Counted from the first letter of the stretch, positions 8,592 to 18,090 are shown. The stretch is DNA of 32,000 nt from Halogeometricum borinquense DSM 11551 (GCF_000172995.2 NC_014735.1:120001-152000); one strand, 5' to 3'. Made by a program: numbers and translations. Notes: generated by a model not told the origin, from the sequence alone.

Positions 8592-9320
8592 ATGGAGAAT
8601 TCAATCGGTCGGCTGCGAACACAGCTTGAGGAGATTCAGGTGTTCGCGTCGGCCCGAAGACGACGACAGTTCCTCGTGCACCTCCTCGTGGCACTCGTCG
8701 TCCTCTCCATTGCGGTCGTACTCCTCCGCCGTCACCTCGAATTCCTAACGAACGCCGCGGAACTACGAGCGTTCATTCAAGGATATGGGTTTTGGGCACC
8801 GCTCGTACTCGTTATCCTCCAATCGCTGCAAGTCGTCGCCGCGCCGATTCCGGGGCAGGTTCTGGCACTTGTCGCAGGGTATCTGTTCGGCGCGTGGTGG
8901 GGAACGGTCTACAACGTCATCGGAATCACGATTGGGAGTACCGTCGCGTTTTGGCTCGCGAGACGATTCGGCCGAGCGTACGTCGAGCGTATCGTCCACG
9001 AAGACGTTCTTGCCCAGTTCGATTCGATAGATCCCACCCACGCCCGCTTGACCCTCTTTCTGTTCTTTCTCGTGCCCGGACTGCCGGACGACATCCTTTG
9101 TTTTGCGGGCGGTCTCACCAAGATTCCCCTCTGGCAACTCGTCGCGTTGGCAATTATCGGCCGAACACCGGCATTCTTCCTGACGAACGTCGTCGGCGGA
9201 CTCCTCGGCGCGAATCAAATTGCGCCCGCACTCGGTCTCGCTGCCCTCATCATCGCTGCCTCAGTACTGGGGTTTCTGAACCGAGATCGACTCGTTCGGC
9301 TCTTCGGCGGCGAACCGTAG
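8592..9320 (+). CDS. TVP38/TMEM64 (DedA/SNARE-associated) family membrane protein
   Basis: About 242 aa. It has the characteristic VAAPIPGQVLALVAGYLFG block, LVPGLPDDILCFAGGLTKI and about 5 TM helices. The start is ATG at 8592, or GTG at 8586 as used by the track. Confidence 0.85.
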   Translation: MENSIGRLRTQLEEIQVFASARRRRQFLVHLLVALVVLSIAVVLLRRHLEFLTNAAELRAFIQGYGFWAPLVLVILQSLQVVAAPIPGQVLALVAGYLFGAWWGTVYNVIGITIGSTVAFWLARRFGRAYVERIVHEDVLAQFDSIDPTHARLTLFLFFLVPGLPDDILCFAGGLTKIPLWQLVALAIIGRTPAFFLTNVVGGLLGANQIAPALGLAALIIAASVLGFLNRDRLVRLFGGEP

Positions 9321-9563
9321 TCGAGCAGACGAGCGGAGAGACGGATGACAGCAGATGATGTGAACTATCTTACCTTTAATTGTCGGTTTAAATATCGCTT
9401 GTGATAATTTCGGCGGCAGTACTATATATCATATTTGGGACTCTGTGACAATGGAACATAGAGAGACATTACCATTCAACAGAGTGTATCAGTCAGGTCC
9501 GGCCGACCGGCCGGTTGGTAGTCGTCCGAAGCGAGGGAGTATCCCTCAGGGGAGTTTGAGCCG

Positions 9564-12512
9564 ATGAATATACAGACAAAACTCATCGCTCTGTGCCTCG
9601 TCATCTCGTTGGTTCCCGTCTCGGTCGTTGGCGGCGTCGGGATACACGAGATGAACAGCATCGGTTCGTACGCACAGACGCAGAGTACGACGCACATGGA
9701 GACGCAGGTAACGGGAGAGTTGAACAACACCGTTACCGCGAGGCGGGAGCAGATACAGAACGTGTTGGACGTTCGCCGCGTGGATGCGCGGTCCTTAGCG
9801 GACTCTTCACCGGTACAAAACTATCAGGCCGCAAAGGCCGGGCAGTGGAAACTCGTCCAACGGCAGAGCCAAACGCAACTCGGGCACATGGCGCTTCAGA
9901 TGCGTAGCACCATCGAGAGTACGAAGCAGACGATTCTCGAAGAAGAGTACAACGGGAGATCGTGGGCGGAACTTACTCCGGCGGAACAACAGCGAGTCAA
10001 AGAGAAAGTAGAGCGAATCATCGCCGGGACGGCCGGCAATCAAACGACTGCCGCCGGGTCGGCATCGAAGATATTCCAACCGGGATATATCGGTGACACG
10101 GGATACGCGTACATCACGGACGGAGACTCAAACGTCGTCGTCCATCACAAGATACACGACGGGTTCAACCTCGTCGATGATGCCTCGTTGACCGTGTTCA
10201 ACGAGGTCGAATCGACCATCCAAAACGACCCGGCCGTGCGGAGCGGTAGTGAGTGGCGAATCGTCGAATACGAGTGGGAAGACACCACCCAAGCAGGGAA
10301 CCCCGTCGAAGAGAAGTTCGTCGCCTACGCCTATTACGAGGACTTCGATTGGGTTCTTGCCCCAAGCGTCTACTACTACGAACTCCAGACGACCGCCAGC
10401 GAGAGCGCAAAGAATCGAATCAACGACTCTTTCGAAAACTATCTGAACACTCGCTCAGTGTCGGTGCAAGGCGAGGAGCGGCCAGCGTACGACGAGATTA
10501 TCCTGACCGACGAAGACGGACACGGCGTTGTTCGAGCGGAACGGACGGACGGGAGCGTCGTCACCGAATCCGTCGAGAACACCTCCTACGCGGACACGGA
10601 GTGGTTCAATTCGAGCAGGTCGATGGAGAAAGGCGAAGTCCACGTCGGCGACGTCCGAACCGTGAACGGAGCGCCGGTTATCTACCTCTCAACGCCGGTG
10701 TATCAGAACGGTGAGTTCGCGGGGACGATTGCACTCCGATTCGATTACGGCATCCTCACCGCGTTGACGAACGGAGTCACGGTCGGTGACACCGGTCACC
10801 TGAGCATCGTGAACGACGAGGGTCGGGTCCTGAGCCATCCCAACAGCACGGTCGTCGAAACCGAGTCCAGTATCGTAAACGAAGAGTACGCAGGTGGACT
10901 CGCCGGCATCGCCGAAGAACGGATTCTCACGGGTGAACACGGGCTGAGTACGTATACGAGACAGACCGATGGCGAGAATGCGGAGTACTACGTGGGGTAT
11001 GCGCCACTGGACTTCGGTGACAAGCAGTTTGCACTGTTAGCAACCGTCCCCGAAAAAGACGTGACGGGGCCGAGCGCCGCACTGGGCCAAGAGCTGAGTG
11101 ACCGAACATCGTCCGCTCGGAACGTGTTCCTCCTGTTAATCGGTGGTGCCGCCGTCGGAGTCATCGCATTAGGATTCCGCGCATCCCGGTACTTCTCGCG
11201 ACCCATTGAGCAACTTCGAGACCACGCGGCGGCACTCGCAGAGGGCCGGTTCGACGACGATATCGAGATTTCGGCTTCCGACGACGAAATCGGAGAACTT
11301 GTCGAAGCGTTCGGGGAGATGCAACGGAACCTCCGGTTGCAAGTGGCGGAACTCAGAGCCGTTAGCGAGGAACTTGGTGAGGGAACGTTGGACCAAGACG
11401 TTCGGACCGACCTGCCCGGCGAGTTCGGTGCGATCATGTCGGACCTCGACGACGGTATCGAGAAGATACGACGCAGTCTAGTGGAGGTTCACGACGTTGC
11501 CGACCAGTTCGCCGACGTGAGTAGCGAAACCGTCGTGAGCGCAGAGGAGATAGAAGCGGCGAGTCAAGCCACCGCCCAGTCGGTCGAAGAGATTGCACAC
11601 GGCGCCGAACAGCAGACCGAGCAACTCCAAGCCGCGTCCGACGAGATGAACAACCTCTCGGCAACCATCGAGGAAGTCGCCGCATCGGCAGACGGCGTCG
11701 TCGAGACGGCCAACGAGGCGGCCTCACTCGCTGACCGAGGTCGGGAACACGCCGCTGATGCCACCGAGGAAATTTCGGCCATCGAGGACGAGACGACGAC
11801 CGCCGTCGAGCAAGTCGAAGGGCTCAGCGAGCGCATCGAAGAGATAAACGAGGTCGTCCAACTCATCACCGAAATCACGGAACAAACCGACCTGCTGGCG
11901 CTCAACGCGTCAATCGAAGCCGCCCGCGCCGGAGAAGTCGGCAAGGGCTTTGCGGTTGTCGCAAACGAGATCAAGATGCTCGCAAATCAAGCCGAGGACG
12001 CCACCGAGCAGGTCGAAGAACTCATCACCGAGATTCAGGATGACACGGACGACACCGTCGAAGATATCCAGTCGATGCGAGAACGCGTCGAGAGCGGTGC
12101 CGAAACTATCGAGGATGCCATCGAAATGTTCGATGATATCGCTGAGGCGAGCGAAAAAGCCGAAGATGAGGTGAAGGAGATCTCGAAATCGACGGAAGAC
12201 CAAGCCACCTCGACAGAAGAGGTTGTGGCAATGGTAGATGAGGTTTCAAGCGTGAGCGAGCAGACGGCGTCGGAGGCGAGTACTGTCTCGGCCGCAACCG
12301 AAGAACAGACAGCCTCCATCAACGAGGTTACGCAGAACATCCAGACTGTCTCCGAGGAAGCACAGTCGCTGCAAGAACTCGTAAAGCGGTTCGACGTCGG
12401 CAAACACGGAAGCGCAAGCGCCTCACAGAGCAGTGGTAGCGGGAGTCAGTCGGCACCGAGCGCAGAAGGGTCCAACAGTGAGGTGGCTGAATCTCCCCGC
12501 GTGAGTGACTGA
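9564..12512 (+). CDS. htr: Methyl-accepting chemotaxis protein / halobacterial transducer with a large extracellular double-Cache-like domain
   Basis: 982 aa. TM1 is LIALCLVISLVPVSVVGGV, followed by an extracytoplasmic region of about 500 aa. TM2 is VFLLLIGGAAVGVIALGF. A HAMP domain follows (PIEQLRDHAAALAEGRFDDDI). The conserved signalling hairpin DLLALNASIEAARAGEVGKGFAVVANEIKMLA is present, and the tail is Ser-rich. Confidence 0.95.
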   Translation: MNIQTKLIALCLVISLVPVSVVGGVGIHEMNSIGSYAQTQSTTHMETQVTGELNNTVTARREQIQNVLDVRRVDARSLADSSPVQNYQAAKAGQWKLVQRQSQTQLGHMALQMRSTIESTKQTILEEEYNGRSWAELTPAEQQRVKEKVERIIAGTAGNQTTAAGSASKIFQPGYIGDTGYAYITDGDSNVVVHHKIHDGFNLVDDASLTVFNEVESTIQNDPAVRSGSEWRIVEYEWEDTTQAGNPVEEKFVAYAYYEDFDWVLAPSVYYYELQTTASESAKNRINDSFENYLNTRSVSVQGEERPAYDEIILTDEDGHGVVRAERTDGSVVTESVENTSYADTEWFNSSRSMEKGEVHVGDVRTVNGAPVIYLSTPVYQNGEFAGTIALRFDYGILTALTNGVTVGDTGHLSIVNDEGRVLSHPNSTVVETESSIVNEEYAGGLAGIAEERILTGEHGLSTYTRQTDGENAEYYVGYAPLDFGDKQFALLATVPEKDVTGPSAALGQELSDRTSSARNVFLLLIGGAAVGVIALGFRASRYFSRPIEQLRDHAAALAEGRFDDDIEISASDDEIGELVEAFGEMQRNLRLQVAELRAVSEELGEGTLDQDVRTDLPGEFGAIMSDLDDGIEKIRRSLVEVHDVADQFADVSSETVVSAEEIEAASQATAQSVEEIAHGAEQQTEQLQAASDEMNNLSATIEEVAASADGVVETANEAASLADRGREHAADATEEISAIEDETTTAVEQVEGLSERIEEINEVVQLITEITEQTDLLALNASIEAARAGEVGKGFAVVANEIKMLANQAEDATEQVEELITEIQDDTDDTVEDIQSMRERVESGAETIEDAIEMFDDIAEASEKAEDEVKEISKSTEDQATSTEEVVAMVDEVSSVSEQTASEASTVSAATEEQTASINEVTQNIQTVSEEAQSLQELVKRFDVGKHGSASASQSSGSGSQSAPSAEGSNSEVAESPRVSD

Positions 12513-12690
12513 CGAACTGAATATCCGATTCACGGACTGACAGAACAACCGAAGCGCATACCTTCGGTGGATGGCTACGTTCGCAATTGAGGAGATTCGA
12601 TGCGCCTGCGCTGGTTCAGTCGAAGCAGTCAGCCCGTGTGGACAAAAGAACAGCACTTTTCAGCAACATCCGTGTCAAGAGAACAAACGC

Positions 12691-13779
12691 ATGGTTGATC
12701 TTGCTACAGTCGGCCGATTACTTGCGGGCATCGTTCTCTTGTTCGGGAACGCCTACTTCGTCACTATCGAGTTCGCAATGACGCGTGTTCGGCAGTTTAG
12801 CGAATCAGAGTTCCAAGGGTCACGCGGACTCGAACGGGCGTGGGACATGACCGAACGGTTAGAGATATTCCTCTCAGGGTGCCAACTCGGGATTACCATC
12901 TGCAGTGTCGGTCTCGGGGTCGTTGCCGAACCGGCCCTCACTGCGGTCCTCGACCCAGCAGTCAGTGCGCTCGGACTACAGAGCCTATCCGGGACGGGCA
13001 GTAACGGACATACCGCGCTGGCCGCAGTGACGTCGCTCGGCGTCATCAACCTCCTCCATCTGACCGTCGGTGAACAGGCCCCGACGTATCTCGGCATCGA
13101 GCGCTCGAAGCAGGTCGCAAAGTACGGCGCTCCCATCCTCTACTGGTGGACGCGAGTGTTCTCGCCAGTTATCCGACTCGCTGACTGGACTGCAAAATCG
13201 CTCCTCTCGGTCATCGGCGTGACGATCACTCGGTCGTGGGCCGAAGAAGAGATGGAAGGGGAGAAACCGGGCACGCGACAGGAGTTGCTCAGCCAGATGG
13301 GAAGCATCCTGACGGAGATGGACCTTCCGACAGACCGCAAAGAGGAGATTCTCAACGCCGCCGCTATCGACCACGTTCACGCGGGAGATATCATGGTAGA
13401 CCGCGAAGACATCGTCGCGGTATCGACCGAACGCTCCGTGGAAGCGAACCTCGAAACGATTCGCTCGAACTCGTATACGCGCTTCCCGCTGGTCGGTGAG
13501 AGCGTAGACGACATCATCGGAACCATCTACCTCATGTCGCTCATACGGTCGATAGACGACCTCAGAGAAGGCGCAACCGATTTCAGCGACATTGCAATGT
13601 CTCCGATGACCGTTCCACCGGACATCCCCGTCAGTGAACTGATCGACGAGTTCCAAGCGGCCGACCAAGAGATCGCATTCGTGGTGGAATCTGACCGAAC
13701 CGTTGGTCTGGTTACCGCAACGGATGCGTTCGAGGCGATTACCGGCGAACTCCGCGATCCGATGGATAAAGCAGCGTGA
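12691..13779 (+). CDS. CNNM/CorC-type transporter (DUF21 membrane domain plus CBS pair)
   Basis: I prefer the ATG at 12691 (MVDLATVGRLLAGIVLLFGNAYFVTIEFAMTRVR), which is the canonical DUF21 start. The track start at 12571 adds 40 Cys-rich non-halophilic residues. A CBS pair follows (IMVDREDIVAVS..., IAFVVESDRTVGLVTATDAFEAITGE). No C-terminal CorC_HlyC domain is evident. Confidence 0.9.
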   Translation: MVDLATVGRLLAGIVLLFGNAYFVTIEFAMTRVRQFSESEFQGSRGLERAWDMTERLEIFLSGCQLGITICSVGLGVVAEPALTAVLDPAVSALGLQSLSGTGSNGHTALAAVTSLGVINLLHLTVGEQAPTYLGIERSKQVAKYGAPILYWWTRVFSPVIRLADWTAKSLLSVIGVTITRSWAEEEMEGEKPGTRQELLSQMGSILTEMDLPTDRKEEILNAAAIDHVHAGDIMVDREDIVAVSTERSVEANLETIRSNSYTRFPLVGESVDDIIGTIYLMSLIRSIDDLREGATDFSDIAMSPMTVPPDIPVSELIDEFQAADQEIAFVVESDRTVGLVTATDAFEAITGELRDPMDKAA

Positions 13780-13835
13780 GATCTAGCAACCACGAATAGC
13801 GCGGTCGTGATGGCTGGCAATCACGAATAGCGTGA

Positions 13836-13844
13836 TTTTGTTTT
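13836..13844 (+). terminator. T4-G-T4 tract, candidate archaeal terminator for the CorC-like gene
   Basis: TTTTGTTTT lies 57 nt after the stop codon. Oligo-T tracts are the usual archaeal termination signal. Confidence 0.3.
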
Positions 13845-13870
13845 CGTATGCGCGCAGTACCTACTAGCTA

Positions 13871-13961
13871 CGGGAGACGGCAGTGCTGTTGCTACCATGG
13901 TTCCGGGAGACGGCAGTGCTGTTGCTACCATGGTTCCGGGAGACGGCAGTACTGTTGCTAC
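13871..13961. repeat. 33-bp tandem repeat, 2 perfect copies plus a 25-nt third copy with 1 mismatch
   Basis: CGGGAGACGGCAGTGCTGTTGCTACCATGGTTC occurs at 13871-13903 and again at 13904-13936. A third copy (13937-13961) has one mismatch and then diverges. The repeat sits in the convergent intergenic gap. Confidence 0.9.
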
Positions 13962-14035
13962 TGAACTGCAAACCGGGAGATCAGACGGAGGTATGGAGAG
14001 AGTGTAGCGCCCACGGATAGACCGGGTTGAATCGG

Positions 14036-14686
14036 TCACTCTTCGGCAATATACGCCATTGCCTCCTCGTCCGTAACTTGACCGAAGCGCTCGTAAAACT
14101 GCCCGACGGCGTGGAACACCGAGGGTGCAGACAGGCAAACCACCTCGTCTGCGAGCCCTTCGAGGTCGGAAATCGCCCGCGGTGATCCGACTGGTACGGC
14201 GAAGATGACCCGCTCTGGGGCCGCGGCGTTGACTCGGCTGAGACACGCACGGGCGGTCGCTCCCGTAGCGACACCGTCATCGACGACGACAACGGTTTTT
14301 CCCGAGAGGTCCGGTAACGAACCGTCGTCGCGGTAGGTTTCAGCCTTTTCACGGGCGTTTTCCGCTTCTTCGCTACGGATACGTTCGATGTACTCCCGGT
14401 CGATGCCGCGCCGTTCGATGACCTCCTCGTTGAGCCAAGCGCTTCCGTCGGCGGCGACTGCACCGATAGCGAACTCTGGATTGTTCGGTGCCCCGATTTT
14501 CTGCGTGGCGACGATATCGAGCGGGGCATGTAGCGCGTCGGCCACCATCCGACCGAGCGGCAGTCCGCCGCGCGGGATCGCTAACACGATGTCCGCATCA
14601 ACACCCTCCTCGCGGAGGGCGTCACCGAGTTGTTTCCCAGCGCTTTCCCTGTCTGTGAACTGCGAGGGCTGTCGGTCCCGAACCAT
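14036..14686 (-). CDS. Phosphoribosyltransferase (type I PRTase fold)
   Basis: About 216 aa. The PRPP-binding loop VVVVDDGVATGATARA is present, with IVLAIPRGGLPLG upstream. ATG is at 14686; the track uses the GTG one codon earlier. Confidence 0.9.
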   Translation of the reverse strand: MVRDRQPSQFTDRESAGKQLGDALREEGVDADIVLAIPRGGLPLGRMVADALHAPLDIVATQKIGAPNNPEFAIGAVAADGSAWLNEEVIERRGIDREYIERIRSEEAENAREKAETYRDDGSLPDLSGKTVVVVDDGVATGATARACLSRVNAAAPERVIFAVPVGSPRAISDLEGLADEVVCLSAPSVFHAVGQFYERFGQVTDEEAMAYIAEE

Positions 14687-14765
14687 CACAATTCAACATT
14701 ATGTACGGAGACTCTATTGACTTCCTCCTCTCCGGTCTATCCTTCAACTCGTTTCCGGAATCGGT

Positions 14766-15416
14766 TCAGTTAGGATTTCCAAGGTGTTCTGCGAACCAGT
14801 CTGCGGCCACGTCTGCGACTTCCTCAAGTTCACCTTCGCCCTCGAACAGGTGTCCGGCACCGGGGACGACGTGCAAACTCTTCGAGCAGGAGAGTTTCGC
14901 GTGAGCCTCCTGATTGAGACGGCGGACAGACTCGTCGTTGCCGCCGACGATCAGAAGCGTCGGTGCAGTAATCGTGTCAAGTACGGCGTCGGCCATATCC
15001 ACGCGGCCACCCCGCGAAACGACTGCGTCCACGGAAGTATCGTCGCTCGCGGTAGCGCGTAGGGCCGCGGCCGCACCGGTACTAGAGCCGAAATAGCCGA
15101 TTGTTAGCTCCGCGGTATCGTCGCGTTGCCGTAACCACTCCGTCACGGCGACGAGACGGTCCGTCAAGAGGGGGATGTCGAATCGATTCTCGCGGGACCT
15201 GTCTTCGTCTTCGGTCAACAGGTCGAAGAGAAGCGTCGCCAGTCCCGCTTCGTGGAGACGTCCCGCAACGAAGTTGTTTCGAGGACTGTGCCGACTGCTT
15301 CCGCTCCCGTGCGCGAACACGACGATTCCCGAAGCGTCTCGGGGGACGATGAGTTCCCCTTCGAGCGTGACGTCATCCAACGGTATCGAAAGTACTGCGT
15401 CTGTCGTTCGGTCCAT
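14766..15416 (-). CDS. Dienelactone hydrolase / alpha-beta hydrolase family protein
   Basis: 216 aa with an ATG start. It has the HGSGSSRHSPRN oxyanion region, the nucleophile elbow GYFGSSTGAAAAL (G-x-S-x-G) and a C-terminal GAGHLFE His. It lies directly upstream of the PRTase on the same strand. Confidence 0.85.
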   Translation of the reverse strand: MDRTTDAVLSIPLDDVTLEGELIVPRDASGIVVFAHGSGSSRHSPRNNFVAGRLHEAGLATLLFDLLTEDEDRSRENRFDIPLLTDRLVAVTEWLRQRDDTAELTIGYFGSSTGAAAALRATASDDTSVDAVVSRGGRVDMADAVLDTITAPTLLIVGGNDESVRRLNQEAHAKLSCSKSLHVVPGAGHLFEGEGELEEVADVAADWFAEHLGNPN

Positions 15417-15725
15417 ACGTGAACAATTGTGTCGCGTAGTTATGTGAACTATGCTAGCATGGACCTGTCGCTGATCTCAGGAGAGCATTTCGTTGCCGGT
15501 GAAGCGACACATCCGAGAAGAGGGGCGTCAAAGTCAAACCGATATTGGAGGTAAATCGGCGCTGAGACCGGTTATTTGCCGCACTCTGCTGTAAAGTGAG
15601 TGTCGCGGTACTGTCCGTTCGGTTCCACTACAGGTCACTATATTGGACTATTGCTTCCAATTTATACCAATTTATCTATATGTTCAAAAGGGTTAAATTT
15701 AGTCGTGGCAATCCAGCCATGTCGG

Positions 15726-17129
15726 ATGACGAAACACAATACACGGCGGAGATTCATCAAAACCGTCGGCGCGACAGGGATCGCAGGGTTGGCCGGCTGT
15801 TCACAGGACGGACAAGCACAGGATCGAAACACCGGAGGTGACAGCGGAGAAACGTCCGGTACGACGGCAGGATCCACCGGAGCGAAGACGACGACCATCA
15901 AGTTCTGGCACGCGATGGGCGGTGACCTCGGTGCGTTCATCGATACGCTCGCATCGGAGTTCCAACAGCAAGCGGACGGCATCGAACTCGAAGCCACCAA
16001 GAAAGGAAGCTACCGCGAGACGCTGAACGCGACGACTTCGGCCGTTCAAAGCGGGAACCCACCTGCTATCGCGCAGATATTCGAGATCGGGACGCAACTC
16101 GCCATCGACAGCGGCGTGTTCACACCGGTCGAAGACATCATCCCCAAAGATGCGGTGAACTTCGACGACTATCTCGATTCGGTTCTCAACTACTACCGAA
16201 TCGACGGCAAACTTCACTCCATGCCGTTCAACTCCTCGAACGCAATATTCTACTACAATAAAAACGCCTTCGAGGAGGCGGGTCTCGATCCCGAGAACCC
16301 ACCAACGAGCTACGAGGGTGTGATGGATGCCGCAAAGACGCTCACCGACGCTGGCGTCGTTGACAAAGGAACGACGTGGCCGAACCACTCGTGGTTCGTC
16401 GAACAGTGGTTCGCAGAGCAGAATCAGACGTTAGTGAACAACGGAAACGGCCGCAACGGACGGGCGACCAAGGCGAACTTCGAGAGCGAGGCGTCCAAGA
16501 ACATCTTCGAATGGTGGACGGACCTCTACAACGAAGGCCAGTATCTAAATCCCGGTATCGAGGCGTGGTCGGAAGCCCAGCAAGCGTTCCTGACGCAGAA
16601 GACGGGCATGCTCGGCTACTCGACATCGAGCATCGCACCGATGGCCAAGGGTGCCAAGAAGAACGGCTTCGAGCTCGGAACAATGCAACTGCCGACGCCC
16701 AACGGAAAGCGGCAGGGCGTCGTCATCGGCGGGGCATCGCTGTGGACGCCCGCCTCGCTCTCAGCGGAGAAAAAGAAAGCCGCAGGCGAGTTTATCGCGT
16801 GGCTCACGAAGCCCGAACAGCAGAAACGCTGGCACACGAACACGGGCTACTTCCCGGTGAACAAACGCGCCATCTCGCAACTCGAAGATGAAGGCTTCTA
16901 CGAGGAAAACCCCGACTTCCGAACGGCGATAGACCAACTGCGCGCGACAAAAGACTCCCCGGCGACGCGCGGTGCGCTCATGGGGACGTTCACGAAGGTC
17001 CGAACGATTGTCGAGGAGGGTTACGTCAGTATGATTCAAGATTCCTCGACGAACGTCGAGGATGCCCTCGGCAGTATCGACTCGCAGGTCGAAGAGGTGC
17101 TGAAATCCTACAACCAGAAGGTAAGCTAG
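15726..17129 (+). CDS. ABC transporter substrate-binding lipoprotein, CUT1 (sugar / sn-glycerol-3-phosphate-like) family
   Basis: I prefer the ATG at 15726, which gives MTKHNTRRRFIKTVGATGIAGLAGCS. That is a twin-arginine signal plus a lipobox Cys followed by a Ser/Thr/Gly linker. The body resembles family-1 solute-binding proteins (KFWHAMGG..., SSNAIFYYNKNAFEEAGLD). Confidence 0.9.
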   Translation: MTKHNTRRRFIKTVGATGIAGLAGCSQDGQAQDRNTGGDSGETSGTTAGSTGAKTTTIKFWHAMGGDLGAFIDTLASEFQQQADGIELEATKKGSYRETLNATTSAVQSGNPPAIAQIFEIGTQLAIDSGVFTPVEDIIPKDAVNFDDYLDSVLNYYRIDGKLHSMPFNSSNAIFYYNKNAFEEAGLDPENPPTSYEGVMDAAKTLTDAGVVDKGTTWPNHSWFVEQWFAEQNQTLVNNGNGRNGRATKANFESEASKNIFEWWTDLYNEGQYLNPGIEAWSEAQQAFLTQKTGMLGYSTSSIAPMAKGAKKNGFELGTMQLPTPNGKRQGVVIGGASLWTPASLSAEKKKAAGEFIAWLTKPEQQKRWHTNTGYFPVNKRAISQLEDEGFYEENPDFRTAIDQLRATKDSPATRGALMGTFTKVRTIVEEGYVSMIQDSSTNVEDALGSIDSQVEEVLKSYNQKVS

Positions 17130-17193
17130 CGGCCTGATCGGTCCGCTCGCCCGCCGTACCGTGACATAACAAATTCATCTCATCCATTTCGTC

Positions 17194-18087
17194 ATGAGCG
17201 AATTCACAAAACCATACACATCAACCGTTCAAGCCGGGTTACTGCTGGTCCCGACGCTGGTCGTCCTCGTGGCCTTTCTGTACTATCCGGCCGTGGAGAC
17301 GTTCCGGTTGAGCTTCTTTCAGACGCTCCTCCTCGGGACCAAACAGCAGTTCGTTGGTATCGAAAACTACGTCGCTCTTGCGACGTCTGCAGAGTATCAA
17401 AAGAGCATCGTCATCTCGTTCCTCTTTGCGGCCGCCGTGGTCGTCGGAACGCTAGCCGTCTCGCTTTTCATCTCCTATCTCCTGTTCGATGTTGATGCCG
17501 GGTCGTCGGGATATCTCTTGGCGGCGATCTGGCCGTATGCGCTACCAACCGCCGTTGCGGCGACGATTCTGTTGTTCATGCTCCACCCGACGCTGGGCAT
17601 CGTCACGCACTATCTCGAAGCCGCGACGGGACTCACGTTCGACTGGTTTACCAGCGGCCCGTTGGCGTTCCTCGTGCTCGCACTTGTCGCCATCTGGAAG
17701 CAACTGGGCTACAACATCATCTTTCTCGTCGCCGCACTCAACAACATCCCGGACACACTAACCGAATCCGCCCAACTCGATGGCGTCGGGCGTCTCAGAA
17801 TGCTGTTTCGGGTGTATATCCCACTCATCTCGCCGACGCTGACGTTCCTCGTCGTGATGAACACGATTTACGCCTTCTTCGGGGCGTTTCCGCTCGTCGA
17901 TCTGATGACGAGCGGTGGTCCGAACAACGCGACGAACCTGCTCATCTTCAAACTGTACCGGGACGCCTTCGAGTTCAACAGTCTCGGGCTGGCATCGGCT
18001 GAATCGACCGTCCTCTTCGGTATCGTCTCGATACTGATGTACATTCAACTGCGGTTCTCCGACCGCCACACCCACTACGGAGCCTAA
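17194..18087 (+). CDS. ABC transporter permease (UgpA/MalF-like)
   Basis: 297 aa, 6 TM. EAA loop: ESAQLDGVGRLRMLFRVYIPLISP. Confidence 0.9.
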   Translation: MSEFTKPYTSTVQAGLLLVPTLVVLVAFLYYPAVETFRLSFFQTLLLGTKQQFVGIENYVALATSAEYQKSIVISFLFAAAVVVGTLAVSLFISYLLFDVDAGSSGYLLAAIWPYALPTAVAATILLFMLHPTLGIVTHYLEAATGLTFDWFTSGPLAFLVLALVAIWKQLGYNIIFLVAALNNIPDTLTESAQLDGVGRLRMLFRVYIPLISPTLTFLVVMNTIYAFFGAFPLVDLMTSGGPNNATNLLIFKLYRDAFEFNSLGLASAESTVLFGIVSILMYIQLRFSDRHTHYGA

Positions 18088-18090
18088 CAC

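Noticed and set aside
12549-12567. CCGAAG-CGCATAC-CTTCGG hairpin after the htr stop as a terminator
   Set aside because: It has a perfect 6-bp stem but no adjacent oligo-T run. That is insufficient evidence for a terminator call.
12571-12690. Upstream extension of the CorC-like ORF
   Set aside because: The extra 40 residues are Cys-rich and have no homology pattern. The DUF21 domain begins right at the ATG at 12691.
12985-13668. 227-aa minus-strand ORF
   Set aside because: It is antisense to the DUF21-CBS transporter gene and has no motifs.
13821-14246. 141-aa minus-strand ORF translating the 33-bp tandem repeat (LPSPGTMVATA repeats)
   Set aside because: It overlaps the well-supported PRTase 3' end out of frame and is Arg-rich. 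The peptide repeat is a by-product of the DNA repeat.
15600-15725. Upstream extension of the sugar-binding protein ORF
   Set aside because: The extension crosses AT-rich promoter-like sequence and encodes hydrophobic, non-halophilic residues. The ATG at 15726 gives a textbook Tat signal plus lipobox.
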